Source of the DNA: Candidatus Aenigmatarchaeota archaeon
GTDB taxonomy: Archaea > Aenigmatarchaeota > Aenigmatarchaeia > GW2011-AR5
Reading direction: 5' to 3'
Length of the DNA: 64,000 nucleotides
NCBI GenBank assembly: GCA_039091535.1
Contig: JAWCLW010000001.1
Coordinates: 11,881 to 75,880 of the forward strand
Shown here in pieces: positions 48,657 to 57,496 of the stretch. The position numbers and the translations under genes are program-made. Below the pieces are notes generated by a model. The model was not told the DNA's origin, ran no database searches, and worked only from the letters and a program-made list of their open reading frames with translations. Position 1 is the stretch's first letter. Each line of letters opens with the position of its first letter.

Positions 48657-49763
48657 ATGGTTGTTTATGATGTTTTTGGACCTGAGAAGATAGTAGAAGT
48701 TTATGACCCAAGAATAAATATGCATGGTTTCCTCGTTATAGATAATACAGCATTAGGACCTGGTAAGGGTGGCATAAGAATGACACCAACAGTAACAATA
48801 AATGAAATCGCAAATCTTGCAAGGGCAATGACATGGAAAAATGCAATGGCTGATTTGCCTTTTGGCGGTGCAAAAGCTGGAATTGTTGCCGACCCAAAAA
48901 AACTTTCAAAAAATGAAAAAATTGATATTGTTAAATCATTTTCAAAGGCACTAAAACCTTTGTGCCCAAGTGTTTATATTGCTGGTCCGGATATGTACAT
49001 GGGAGAAGAAGAGATGGGTATATTTGCAAAAGCAAACGGCTCGATGAAATCATGTACAGGGAAGCCAAAAAATATGGGTGGAATCCCACATGAACTCGGT
49101 TCTACTGGTTTTGGTGTTTTTCATGCAACTGTTGTTGCCGCAGAATTCATTGATTTAGATATAAAAAATTCAAAGGTTGCAATAGAAGGATTTGGAAATG
49201 TTGGAACATTTGTAGCAAAGTTTTTGTCAGAAATTGGCGCAAAAATTGTATGTGTATCTGATTCAAAAGGATGTATATACAATCAAGATGGACTAAATTA
49301 TGAAAAATTAATGGAAATTAAAACAAAGACAGGCTCTGTGACAAATTATAGCCCAGGAAATGTGCTTCCAAATAAAGATATTATAAGTTTAAATGTTGAT
49401 ATCCTAATACCTGCAGCAGTTCCAAACTTAATTGTTGCAAATGATGTTAAAAATGTAAAAGCAAAATTAATTGTAGAGGGTTCAAACATCCCAATAGAAC
49501 CATCCGTAGAAAAAATGCTTCACAACAAAGGTATTACAATTGTACCAGATTTTATTGCAAATGCGGGTGGTGTAATTTCATCGTATGTAGAATATATTGG
49601 TGGAACACCTAAAAAGATGTTTGAAATGGTAGAGAATAAAATAAAGAAAAATACAAAAATAGTTTTAGAACATGCAACCAAAAATGGTATAACAACAAGG
49701 GATGCTGCATTAGAAATAGCAAAAAGTCGTGTATTGAAGAAATGTAAAACATGTAGGATATAA
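48657..49763 (+). CDS. gdh: Glu/Leu/Phe/Val dehydrogenase family oxidoreductase (short form)
   Basis: LPFGGAKAGI catalytic Lys motif; Rossmann GFGNVG; 368 aa. Confidence 0.82.
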   Translation: MVVYDVFGPEKIVEVYDPRINMHGFLVIDNTALGPGKGGIRMTPTVTINEIANLARAMTWKNAMADLPFGGAKAGIVADPKKLSKNEKIDIVKSFSKALKPLCPSVYIAGPDMYMGEEEMGIFAKANGSMKSCTGKPKNMGGIPHELGSTGFGVFHATVVAAEFIDLDIKNSKVAIEGFGNVGTFVAKFLSEIGAKIVCVSDSKGCIYNQDGLNYEKLMEIKTKTGSVTNYSPGNVLPNKDIISLNVDILIPAAVPNLIVANDVKNVKAKLIVEGSNIPIEPSVEKMLHNKGITIVPDFIANAGGVISSYVEYIGGTPKKMFEMVENKIKKNTKIVLEHATKNGITTRDAALEIAKSRVLKKCKTCRI

Positions 49764-49780
49764 ATTTCTTGGTGATTTTT

Positions 49781-49906
49781 ATGGAAACTCAATATGGTAA
49801 AATATTTGTTTGTATGACATGCTCAAAAGAAATTCTAATTTTAAAAGAAGGGAAGAGTCTAAATCCACCATTATGCTGCGGGAAAGTGATGAGAATAAGA
49901 AAGTGA
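49781..49906 (+). CDS. Desulforedoxin-like 41-aa protein (METQYGKIFVCMTCSKEILILKEGKSLNPPLCCGKVMRIRK)
   Basis: Absent from the ORF track; CxxC-x15-CC-G-x2-M spacing characteristic of desulforedoxin / Dfx N-domain. Confidence 0.5.
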   Translation: METQYGKIFVCMTCSKEILILKEGKSLNPPLCCGKVMRIRK

Positions 49907-49970
49907 TTCAACATCTGAATTCTATTATTTAAAAATTTTTAAGTCTTCGTTGTGATAATATATTGATTAT

Positions 49971-50474
49971 ATGAAAAAGGTCTTAATGATAATAGCACCA
50001 AAAGATTTTAGAGATGAAGAACTTTTTGAAACAAAAGAAATAATAGAAAAAATTGCAGAAGTTAAAATAGCAAGCACAACAATCGGAACTGTTAAGGGTA
50101 TGCTTGGTAAAAGTGTAAATCCAGATATACCATTAGCACGCGTTAATGTTGATGATTATGATGCAATAATATTTGTTGGTGGTGTTGGTGCATCTGTATA
50201 TTTTAAGAGTGCAACAGCCTTAAACATAGCAAAAAATGCTTATGAAAAAGGTAAGATTATAGGAGCCATATGTATAGCACCAAGTATATTAGCTAATGCT
50301 GGTATTCTTAAAGGTAAGAAAGTGACATCGTGGCCAAGTGAGGCGAGCAACCTCAGATCAAATGGTGCATTCTATACAGGAAGTCCAGTTGAAATAGATA
50401 AAAATATTATAACAGCAAATGGTCCACAATCTGCAAAAAAATTTGGTGAAGCAATACTTGAAGCGCTAAAATAA
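49971..50474 (+). CDS. DJ-1/PfpI family protein
   Basis: AIIFVGG...GAICIAP nucleophile-elbow Cys; 167 aa. Confidence 0.85.
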   Translation: MKKVLMIIAPKDFRDEELFETKEIIEKIAEVKIASTTIGTVKGMLGKSVNPDIPLARVNVDDYDAIIFVGGVGASVYFKSATALNIAKNAYEKGKIIGAICIAPSILANAGILKGKKVTSWPSEASNLRSNGAFYTGSPVEIDKNIITANGPQSAKKFGEAILEALK

Positions 50475-50588
50475 ATTAAAAGTACTAGCAAAAGTTCTAT
50501 ACCATATTAAATGAAAGATGCATAATTTATATCAAAAGAAATGGAAGAAGTAGGGCTTAAAAATCATAAAATTTAATATTCAATTTTA

Positions 50589-51578
50589 TCAAAAACCTAA
50601 TATTTTACCTGCAATTATTTTTGCTTCTTTTTCATTTTTTATGTTATTTATTAATATTCTACCATTATTGAACAATGTTATATTTTTATTATAATATTTC
50701 ATACTAAGAAAAAATTTATGTAATCTTATTATTTCAAAATCTTGATTTCTCTTTATTTTATTTTTTATTTTCTCTAAATCTAGTTCTATTTTTTCTTTTG
50801 GTATAAATTGGAATGAGCTTCCGCAAACTTTCTTAATTCCATTTATTTCTTTTTCTAAGAATTCATAAATACCGTTACATGTAATACACTTTTTCCTTTT
50901 CTTTATTTTTATCAATTCAAATTTATTCTCCAAAATATCTAAGTGTAATATCTTATTTGATATTATATTCTTATAATTTGTAATGTATTTTATTGCTTCT
51001 ATTGAAGCAAGTAAGCCAATAATCCCAACTACAGGAGATAATACACCAACTGTTTCACATGTATCTAAGTAATATGATGGTTTTGGAATGATACATCTCA
51101 AGCAGGGTGTTTTATCAGGTATTATAAATGATATTATACCTTCACTACGTATTGCTGCTGTATAAATGAATGGTATTTTATTTTTCATACAAAAGTCATT
51201 TATCAAAAATCTTGTTTCATTGTTATCTGTACAATCTATTATTAGATCACTATTTTTAAGCAAATCATCGATGTTTGTTGAATTCAAATCTTCACAGAAT
51301 GCAAATATATTAATTTCATTGTTTACATTCTCTAATTTTTCTTTTAACGCTATTGCCTTTGGTTTTCCTATATCGCTTTGGGTATATAACTGTCTCTGCA
51401 AATTATTCAATTCAACAATATCTCTATCTATTAATATCAAATTTGCCCCAGATCTTGCTAGATATTCTGCAGCCACAGAACCTGTACCGCCAAGACCTAT
51501 TATTGCTATATGTGATTTTAATATTTTATTTTGCTTTTCTTTTCCTAGAAATACAATCTGTCTTGAATACCTTCTCAT
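50589..51578 (-). CDS. ThiF/MoeB/UbaA-type E1-like adenylyltransferase with ~100-aa C-terminal extension
   Basis: IAIIGLGGTGS nucleotide loop; CLRC...CITC zinc motifs; extra C-terminal domain of unknown fold. Confidence 0.75.
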   Translation of the reverse strand: MRRYSRQIVFLGKEKQNKILKSHIAIIGLGGTGSVAAEYLARSGANLILIDRDIVELNNLQRQLYTQSDIGKPKAIALKEKLENVNNEINIFAFCEDLNSTNIDDLLKNSDLIIDCTDNNETRFLINDFCMKNKIPFIYTAAIRSEGIISFIIPDKTPCLRCIIPKPSYYLDTCETVGVLSPVVGIIGLLASIEAIKYITNYKNIISNKILHLDILENKFELIKIKKRKKCITCNGIYEFLEKEINGIKKVCGSSFQFIPKEKIELDLEKIKNKIKRNQDFEIIRLHKFFLSMKYYNKNITLFNNGRILINNIKNEKEAKIIAGKILGF

Positions 51579-51614
51579 AACTGAATAGTTTAACTTAAAT
51601 ATTTTAAAATAATT

Positions 51615-52160
51615 ATGTCATTCATGATAAGAGCAATTTATGCAGGAAGTTTTGACCCTATTCATTTTGGACATTTGAATATCATTGAAAGGAGTACAAA
51701 ACTTTTTGACGAACTTATAATTGGTGTAGGCGAAGACCCACGAAAAAAATATCTCTTTACATTAGATGAAAGAATAGAATTTATAGAAGATGCCCTAAGT
51801 TACATTGATAAAAATTATGTTAACAAAATATTTATCGAATATTTTAGTGGATTATTAATAGAATTTGCAAAAGCAAAAAATGCGAATGTTATCATAAGAG
51901 GCTTGAGAGAGAACACAGATTTCAGTCGTGAATTTCAGTTGGGGCTTACAAACATGGACATAGATAATAATATTGAAACAATTTTTCTTTTAGCAACACC
52001 AGAACATTTGTTTATAAGTTCTAGTATGTTAAAAGAAATAACGATGTATGGTGGCGACATCTCAAAATATGTAACAAAAAAAGTTGAAACAGCACTAAAA
52101 GAAAAATTCAAAAAATATAAAAATAAAGAAAAAATTCCAAAAGGGATATTTGAGGATTAA
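51615..52160 (+). CDS. coaD: Phosphopantetheine adenylyltransferase, bacterial CoaD-type
   Basis: AIYAGSFDPIHFGHLNIIERS (HxGH) and RGLRENTDF...ISSSMLKE conserved bacterial PPAT blocks. Confidence 0.82.
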   Translation: MSFMIRAIYAGSFDPIHFGHLNIIERSTKLFDELIIGVGEDPRKKYLFTLDERIEFIEDALSYIDKNYVNKIFIEYFSGLLIEFAKAKNANVIIRGLRENTDFSREFQLGLTNMDIDNNIETIFLLATPEHLFISSSMLKEITMYGGDISKYVTKKVETALKEKFKKYKNKEKIPKGIFED

Positions 52161-52162
52161 AA

Positions 52163-52603
52163 TTATATAATTTTTATAAATTCTTCTTTCACTTTATTTA
52201 GTATTAATTTTGTTTCTGTTCTTTCAACAAAATCAAATGTTTGTATTTTTTTCAAAAATCTATCAAGCTCTTTTCTACTTTTAAAATTTGCTATTACCAT
52301 AACATCAAACTGTCCTGTAATGTCATAAACAGCACCAACGTTTGGATGTGATGCAATCTTTCTTTCAACATCAAATAATTTTCCTTTAGAAACGCGAATA
52401 TCGATAATAACATTAAGATCATAACCAAGCTTTTCATAATTCAATTTTGTAGTGTATTTCTCTACGATACCATTCTTCTCTAATTTATTTACCCTATTCA
52501 TAATTGTTGCAACACTTATTCCAAGCTTCTTTGCAATCTTTCTATAAGATAACTTTGAATTTTCTAAGATAAGATTCAAAATTTTCTTATCTATTTCATC
52601 CAT
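52163..52603 (-). CDS. lrp: Lrp/AsnC-family transcriptional regulator
   Basis: N-terminal HTH (DEIDKKILNLILENSKLSYRKIAKKLGISVATI) and C-terminal RAM domain; divergent from glnA. Confidence 0.88.
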   Translation of the reverse strand: MDEIDKKILNLILENSKLSYRKIAKKLGISVATIMNRVNKLEKNGIVEKYTTKLNYEKLGYDLNVIIDIRVSKGKLFDVERKIASHPNVGAVYDITGQFDVMVIANFKSRKELDRFLKKIQTFDFVERTETKLILNKVKEEFIKII

Positions 52604-52753
52604 AAATACACCATTCGTTTAAAAATATATTATATTTTGATTAATTAATGAACAAATATTTAAAATTATAATTTTTAAAATTACATTTGTTTAATAAATT
52701 TGATATAAACTATATTTATTCTTTTATGCATAAATAGTGTATGGGGTGATGCG

Positions 52754-54076
52754 ATGGATGAAAAAGAACTTTTAGATAGAATTGAGGCTGATAATGTTAA
52801 ATATATTTGTTTGATGTTCACAGATATTCTTGGGACAAATAAAAGTGTGGAGATTCCAAAAAATCAGATTAAGAAGGCATTGAATGGTGAAATAGCATTT
52901 GACGGTTCATCAATAGAAGGATTTGTACGAATAGAAGAATCAGACATGCTTTTAAAGCCTGATTTAGATACATATGTTGTATTTCCATTTAACAAAGAAA
53001 ATAGCAAATCCAAAGTTGCACGATTAATATGTGATGTACATCTTCCAAATGGAGATAAATTTTCTGGATGCCCTAGAACAGCCTTAGAAAATTTTGTAGA
53101 TAAAATAAATAGAAAATATGGATATATTATGAAAGCTGGCACAGAGATAGAATTCTTCCTTTTTAAGAAAGATCAAAATGAAAATATAACAACAAACATA
53201 CACGACAATGCATCATATTTTGATATGGAGCCAATCAATAGAGGATCCAATGTATTGCATAACATAGTTGAAGTATTAGACTCTATGGGTTTTGAAGTTG
53301 AGGCAGCACACCATGAAGTTGCACCAAGTCAGTATGAAATAGATTTCAAATATGCTGATGCTGTAAAAACAGCTGATAAAATAATCACATTAAAATATAT
53401 TGTAAAAAAGATCGCTGATAAAGAGGGACTTTATGCAACATTTATGCCAAAACCTATATTTGGAGTAAATGGTTCTGGAATGCATACACATCAGAGCTTA
53501 TGGAAAGATGGAAAAAATCTTTTCTTTGATCCAGAAAAAGAAGATCAACTTAGTAATCTTGCACTTTATTACATTGGTGGCTTAATTAAGCATGCTAAAG
53601 GAATTACAGCTATAACAAATCCAATCGTAAATTCTTATAAAAGACTTGTACCAGGCTATGAAGCTCCTACAAACATAGCATGGGGGAAAAGAAATAGAAG
53701 CCCGCTTATAAGAATACCAGAAAAACGCGGAAATAGTACAAGAATTGAATATAGATCTCCAGACCCTTCATGTAATCCATATCTTGCATTGCTCGTAATG
53801 TTAGCAGCTGGTATTGATGGAATAGAAAATGAATACCATCCAGGTCCACCAATTGCTAGTAATGTATATCATATGGATGAAAGTGAAAAAAGAATTTTTG
53901 GAGTAGAAAAACTTCCAGCTGATTTGAACGAAGCATTAACATATCTAAAGAATGATGAAGTAATTAAAGAAGCGCTTGGAAAGCATATAGTTAGTAAATT
54001 TATAGAAGCTAAAGAAAAGGAATGGAATGAATATATATCACAAATCCATGATTGGGAGATAAAGAGATATTTATGA
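52754..54076 (+). CDS. glnA: Glutamine synthetase type I
   Basis: N-terminal beta-grasp, DGSSIEGF, and catalytic GMHTHQS, NPYL and R-rich C-terminal motifs; 440 aa. Confidence 0.93.
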   Translation: MDEKELLDRIEADNVKYICLMFTDILGTNKSVEIPKNQIKKALNGEIAFDGSSIEGFVRIEESDMLLKPDLDTYVVFPFNKENSKSKVARLICDVHLPNGDKFSGCPRTALENFVDKINRKYGYIMKAGTEIEFFLFKKDQNENITTNIHDNASYFDMEPINRGSNVLHNIVEVLDSMGFEVEAAHHEVAPSQYEIDFKYADAVKTADKIITLKYIVKKIADKEGLYATFMPKPIFGVNGSGMHTHQSLWKDGKNLFFDPEKEDQLSNLALYYIGGLIKHAKGITAITNPIVNSYKRLVPGYEAPTNIAWGKRNRSPLIRIPEKRGNSTRIEYRSPDPSCNPYLALLVMLAAGIDGIENEYHPGPPIASNVYHMDESEKRIFGVEKLPADLNEALTYLKNDEVIKEALGKHIVSKFIEAKEKEWNEYISQIHDWEIKRYL

Positions 54077-54132
54077 TTTTTTGAATCGAGATAAAGAAAA
54101 ATCCAACAAAATATAAAAATTGTTAAAAAAAG

Positions 54133-54442
54133 ATGCGAGGGGTCGGAATTTCTCAGATCCACAATATTTGATGAAGGCCTTCTATTTCTTTTGGTATATA
54201 AAAACCCTCTTTACCAAACAATGGATCTGTTTTGAACCGACGAACGGATTTGTCCAAAACGTTGCTTTGCAACGTCGCTGTCTAACCGACAAGGTCTCTT
54301 AATAAAGCGACATATATTTACGTTATTTTTTCCTACTTCTGAGCATCGCCTCAGCCCTAAGCTTCGCCTTGACCAATCTTGCGCCTTTGACCAATCAAGG
54401 AAACCGTTTCAAAAGAAACGGAACTGACTTGGCTACCCTCGC
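54133..54442. ncRNA. GC-rich highly structured RNA candidate (~310 nt), unclassified; strand unresolved
   Basis: Local GC far above the ~28% background; termini can pair (gcgaggg 54135-41 with ccctcgc 54436-42, then gtcgg with ctgac); internal helices cagatcc/ggatctg, acgttgc-ttt-gcaacgt, ccgtttc-aaaag-gaaacgg, gtcgct/agcgac; TATA-like atataaaa ~20 nt upstream; SRP helix-8 and RNase P CR-I consensus motifs were not found. Confidence 0.45.
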
Positions 54443-55062
54443 TTCTTAATGATAGAAATAATATTCTTTGAAAACAATTTAAAAACCTTTTCCTTACCAT
54501 AAAATACAGTAATATCATCAAAATATTTTTTTAACAGCTTTTTAAACTCACTCTTTGTAAATAAATGATAATATCGCATGAATTTTTTATTTTCAACTCT
54601 CCATGGTACATATATATCTTTTTTCTTTAAAAAGAATCTTGGTTGCCAACGATTCCAAACAGTAATCATAGCTTCTCCATTATTTTTCATAACCCTTTTC
54701 AATTCTTGTATACACATCTCTCTTTTTTCTTTTTCAATACAATGCAATGTTGCAATAAATATTATAAAATTGAAGGTATTGTCTTTAAATGGTAATGAAG
54801 AAGCATCGCATAAGACCAATTTAACATTCAGATTATTTTTAAAAATATATTTCTTTGCAAGTTTTAACATATTAAGAGATGAATCGATACCAACAAGATT
54901 TTTATTTTTGATAAAATGTCTTCCAGTACCACATCCTATATCAAGAATTATACCATTTTTATTATTCAGAAATTCCAAAACTTCACTAAATGGTTTTTTT
55001 CTAAGATTATACCATGAGCTTGCAATATTATCCCAAACCTCATTTTGATTCATACATAACAA
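54433..55062 (-). CDS. Class I SAM-dependent methyltransferase
   Basis: Motif I ILDIGCGTGRH; 209 aa. Confidence 0.8.
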   Translation of the reverse strand: MLCMNQNEVWDNIASSWYNLRKKPFSEVLEFLNNKNGIILDIGCGTGRHFIKNKNLVGIDSSLNMLKLAKKYIFKNNLNVKLVLCDASSLPFKDNTFNFIIFIATLHCIEKEKREMCIQELKRVMKNNGEAMITVWNRWQPRFFLKKKDIYVPWRVENKKFMRYYHLFTKSEFKKLLKKYFDDITVFYGKEKVFKLFSKNIISIIKKRG

Positions 55063-55232
55063 TTTATTTTCTATTTTTTAAATTTTATCTCGTTTCAATT
55101 TTTCTATCTTAAATACTTTTCGTATAAAAATTATTTTAATGGTTAGGTAGGTAGATGAAGAATATTGGTTTTTTCTAATATTTTCTTCATTTGACTATTT
55201 CTAACCAATAAAAGAGAAATAAGGAAGGTGTT

Positions 55233-55556
55233 TTGAAAATGTATGGAAGAAAGGAAAGAAGAGGTGGTTTTGGACACGGATCTACTCACGGTTTTGGGCG
55301 ACATAAGTTCGATAAACAAAAACCCGTAAAAATAGGTGAAGAATACAATATTAAAATAACAGATGTTGGCGCAAAAGGTGATGGTATAACAAAAATAGAC
55401 AATTTCATCATCTTTGTTGCTGGTACAAAAAAAGGAGAAGAATGCAGAATTCGTATAAAGGAGGTCGCAAGAAAATTTGCTATAGGTGAAAAAATCGGAG
55501 AGACTGAAGTAAAAGAAGAGGAAAGTGAAGAAGAGATTAAAGAAATAGAAGAATAG
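55233..55556 (+). CDS. TRAM-domain small RNA-binding protein with RGG/Gly-rich N-terminus and acidic tail
   Basis: IGEEYNIKITDVGAKGDGITKIDNFIIFVAGTKKGEECRIRIKEV TRAM fold; SD AAGGAAGGTG upstream. Confidence 0.7.
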   Translation: MKMYGRKERRGGFGHGSTHGFGRHKFDKQKPVKIGEEYNIKITDVGAKGDGITKIDNFIIFVAGTKKGEECRIRIKEVARKFAIGEKIGETEVKEEESEEEIKEIEE

Positions 55557-55722
55557 TTTCATAAAAGTTTTTAATAAGACATTTCTTGATTCTATTTTAT
55601 TTTTAATAAGAATAAAGAAACTTTATAATTTTTTAAAAACTAAAAAACTATTCAAATACTCTAAAAATTAAATAAACAAATAAAACTTTAATTTTGTATC
55701 TAACGTCTACTAAACTAAATCA

Positions 55723-56127
55723 TCACTTTATTTTTATGGCTTTTATACCAAATAAACGCTCTAAGATTTTACTGATTATTTTTATATTTTTTCCATTTTT
55801 TCCTATTACTCTTGGTTTATCATTCTGCTTTAACTTAATGCTGACTACATTTTTGTTAATATCTATCTCTTGTATCTCTGGTATTGCATTTTTTACAAAT
55901 GTTTTCACATCTTCAGAATATTCAAAAATTCTTATATTTTTCTTAATAATCTTTTCTGCATTCTTTATTTTGATACCATTTTTTCCAACACTTAGGCCAT
56001 ATTGACCTTTTGCTACAACAAAATAGACATCATTATTTTCTTGGATGCAATCTATAACAGAAGAGCCTGTTAAATTATGAAATAGATTCATCAGTTGTAT
56101 CGTATTCTTGTCAAGAGTGATTCTCAT
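55723..56127 (-). CDS. nusA: NusA-like KH-domain transcription termination factor (archaeal)
   Basis: Two KH motifs (VAKGQYGLSVGKNGIKI and RVIGKNGKNIKII); conserved position after L30e. Confidence 0.85.
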   Translation of the reverse strand: MRITLDKNTIQLMNLFHNLTGSSVIDCIQENNDVYFVVAKGQYGLSVGKNGIKIKNAEKIIKKNIRIFEYSEDVKTFVKNAIPEIQEIDINKNVVSIKLKQNDKPRVIGKNGKNIKIISKILERLFGIKAIKIK

Positions 56128-56133
56128 GATTAT

Positions 56134-56373
56134 CTATTCCTCGTAGCCTACCATTGCAACAGGGAAAGGTTTACCAACTTTTGTCCCTAGTTGTGATTGA
56201 TCACCATCAAATCTTTCTATTTTTACATCTTTGAAATTAGATAATTTCTCAATCAAAAAATCTGGACAATTATTTGCAACAATAATTCTTTTAATATTTC
56301 CATTTTTTATACCTTTAATTATTTCACGTGTTCCAATTACCCCATCCCTTCCTTTCTTAGCCATATAAATCAC
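56134..56373 (-). CDS. rpl30e: Ribosomal protein L30e (eL30)
   Basis: VIGTREIIKGIKNGNIKRIIVANNCP...GTKVGKPFPVAMVG; conserved position between rpoA'' and nusA. Confidence 0.88.
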   Translation of the reverse strand: MIYMAKKGRDGVIGTREIIKGIKNGNIKRIIVANNCPDFLIEKLSNFKDVKIERFDGDQSQLGTKVGKPFPVAMVGYEE

Positions 56374-56377
56374 TTAT

Positions 56378-57490
56378 TTATTTCTTTTTTCTCAATTTTT
56401 CAACATCTACAGTTAACTTAACCATACCTGTACCAATAGGTGCAATCTGTCCTAAAAGTACATTCTCTATAATCCCATCAAGATTATCACTTTCACCATA
56501 GAACGATGCATTTACTAGATGTTTTTTTGTCTCTTCAAAATTTGCACGAGCAAGTACACTTGCCTTTTTTCCAGAAACACCATATCGACCTATATCCTTT
56601 ATAGTCCCATCAAATGTCATCATATCAGCAAGTAATCTTATATGACGTATATCAACATCAAGTCCCTGTTCATCCAATGTATTTTTAGTTTCTTGAAGTA
56701 TAACATTTCTTGCAGCCTCAATACCAAGAACTTCATAAACCTGATATACATCATTTGTTCTTGTTCTTTCAATATCAATCCAATCAAGTGATAAAATTTT
56801 CTTTAGGTTTGAGCCTGTTGTTCGTATTACCCAATCATCACCATCCTTTATAACAACAACATTTTCTATACCTTTTATACCATCTACATGCAGTTTGAGT
56901 ATTTTATTTTTTAATTTTCTTAGATTCTTTGCATCATTTTTTTCTGGCTTTATATATATTTTTTTGCCTTTTAGTGAAATTTCACAATTCTTAACATATT
57001 TATCAAGAATTTCTTTTATCTTATTTTTATTACTTTCTTTTTCTACTTCCATTTCAATTCTCAATTCTATTAAATCTATCGAGCTATATGTAATTAGGTC
57101 ACTTATTTTCAATGCCTTTATTTTACTTGCAAATTCTTTGGCTTTTTCCATTGTATTATATTCTGGTTTTAGGAATATTATCATATTCTTTTCGAATGTC
57201 TTTCTTGCATCAAAAATTTCTATAAGTCTTGGAAGACCATGTGTAACCTTGCTTAATCTATCGCTTTGCGATGCAAGTGTGTAAGATCGCATTGTCATCT
57301 GTGTAGCAGGCTCAGAGATGCTCTGTGCAGCTATTATTCCTATCGCCTCTCCAGGTTCGTATAAATATTTTTTTATTATTGTGGAAAGTAGTTTGAATTT
57401 TTCTTCTTTCTCTTTCTCAGATATATTATTTTTTTTGCAGTATTCATCAAATGCATCTAAAATATTTTTTGGTATATACATAATGATCAT
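56378..57490 (-). CDS. rpoA2: DNA-directed RNA polymerase subunit A'' (Rpo1C)
   Basis: 370 aa; conserved C-terminal third of the largest RNAP subunit; follows rpoA'. Confidence 0.93.
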   Translation of the reverse strand: MIIMYIPKNILDAFDEYCKKNNISEKEKEEKFKLLSTIIKKYLYEPGEAIGIIAAQSISEPATQMTMRSYTLASQSDRLSKVTHGLPRLIEIFDARKTFEKNMIIFLKPEYNTMEKAKEFASKIKALKISDLITYSSIDLIELRIEMEVEKESNKNKIKEILDKYVKNCEISLKGKKIYIKPEKNDAKNLRKLKNKILKLHVDGIKGIENVVVIKDGDDWVIRTTGSNLKKILSLDWIDIERTRTNDVYQVYEVLGIEAARNVILQETKNTLDEQGLDVDIRHIRLLADMMTFDGTIKDIGRYGVSGKKASVLARANFEETKKHLVNASFYGESDNLDGIIENVLLGQIAPIGTGMVKLTVDVEKLRKKK

Positions 57491-57496
57491 TTTATT

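Noticed and set aside
54169-54180. TTGATGA resembling a C-box of a C/D box sRNA inside the GC-rich element
   Set aside because: No matching D, C' or D' boxes (CUGA/UGAUGA) at appropriate spacing, and the first base deviates from RUGAUGA.
54133-54442. Assignment of the GC-rich RNA specifically as SRP RNA or RNase P RNA
   Set aside because: Could not find the invariant helix-8 GGAAGCAGCC (SRP) or CR-I/CR-V (RNase P) motifs on either strand, so it is left unclassified rather than named.
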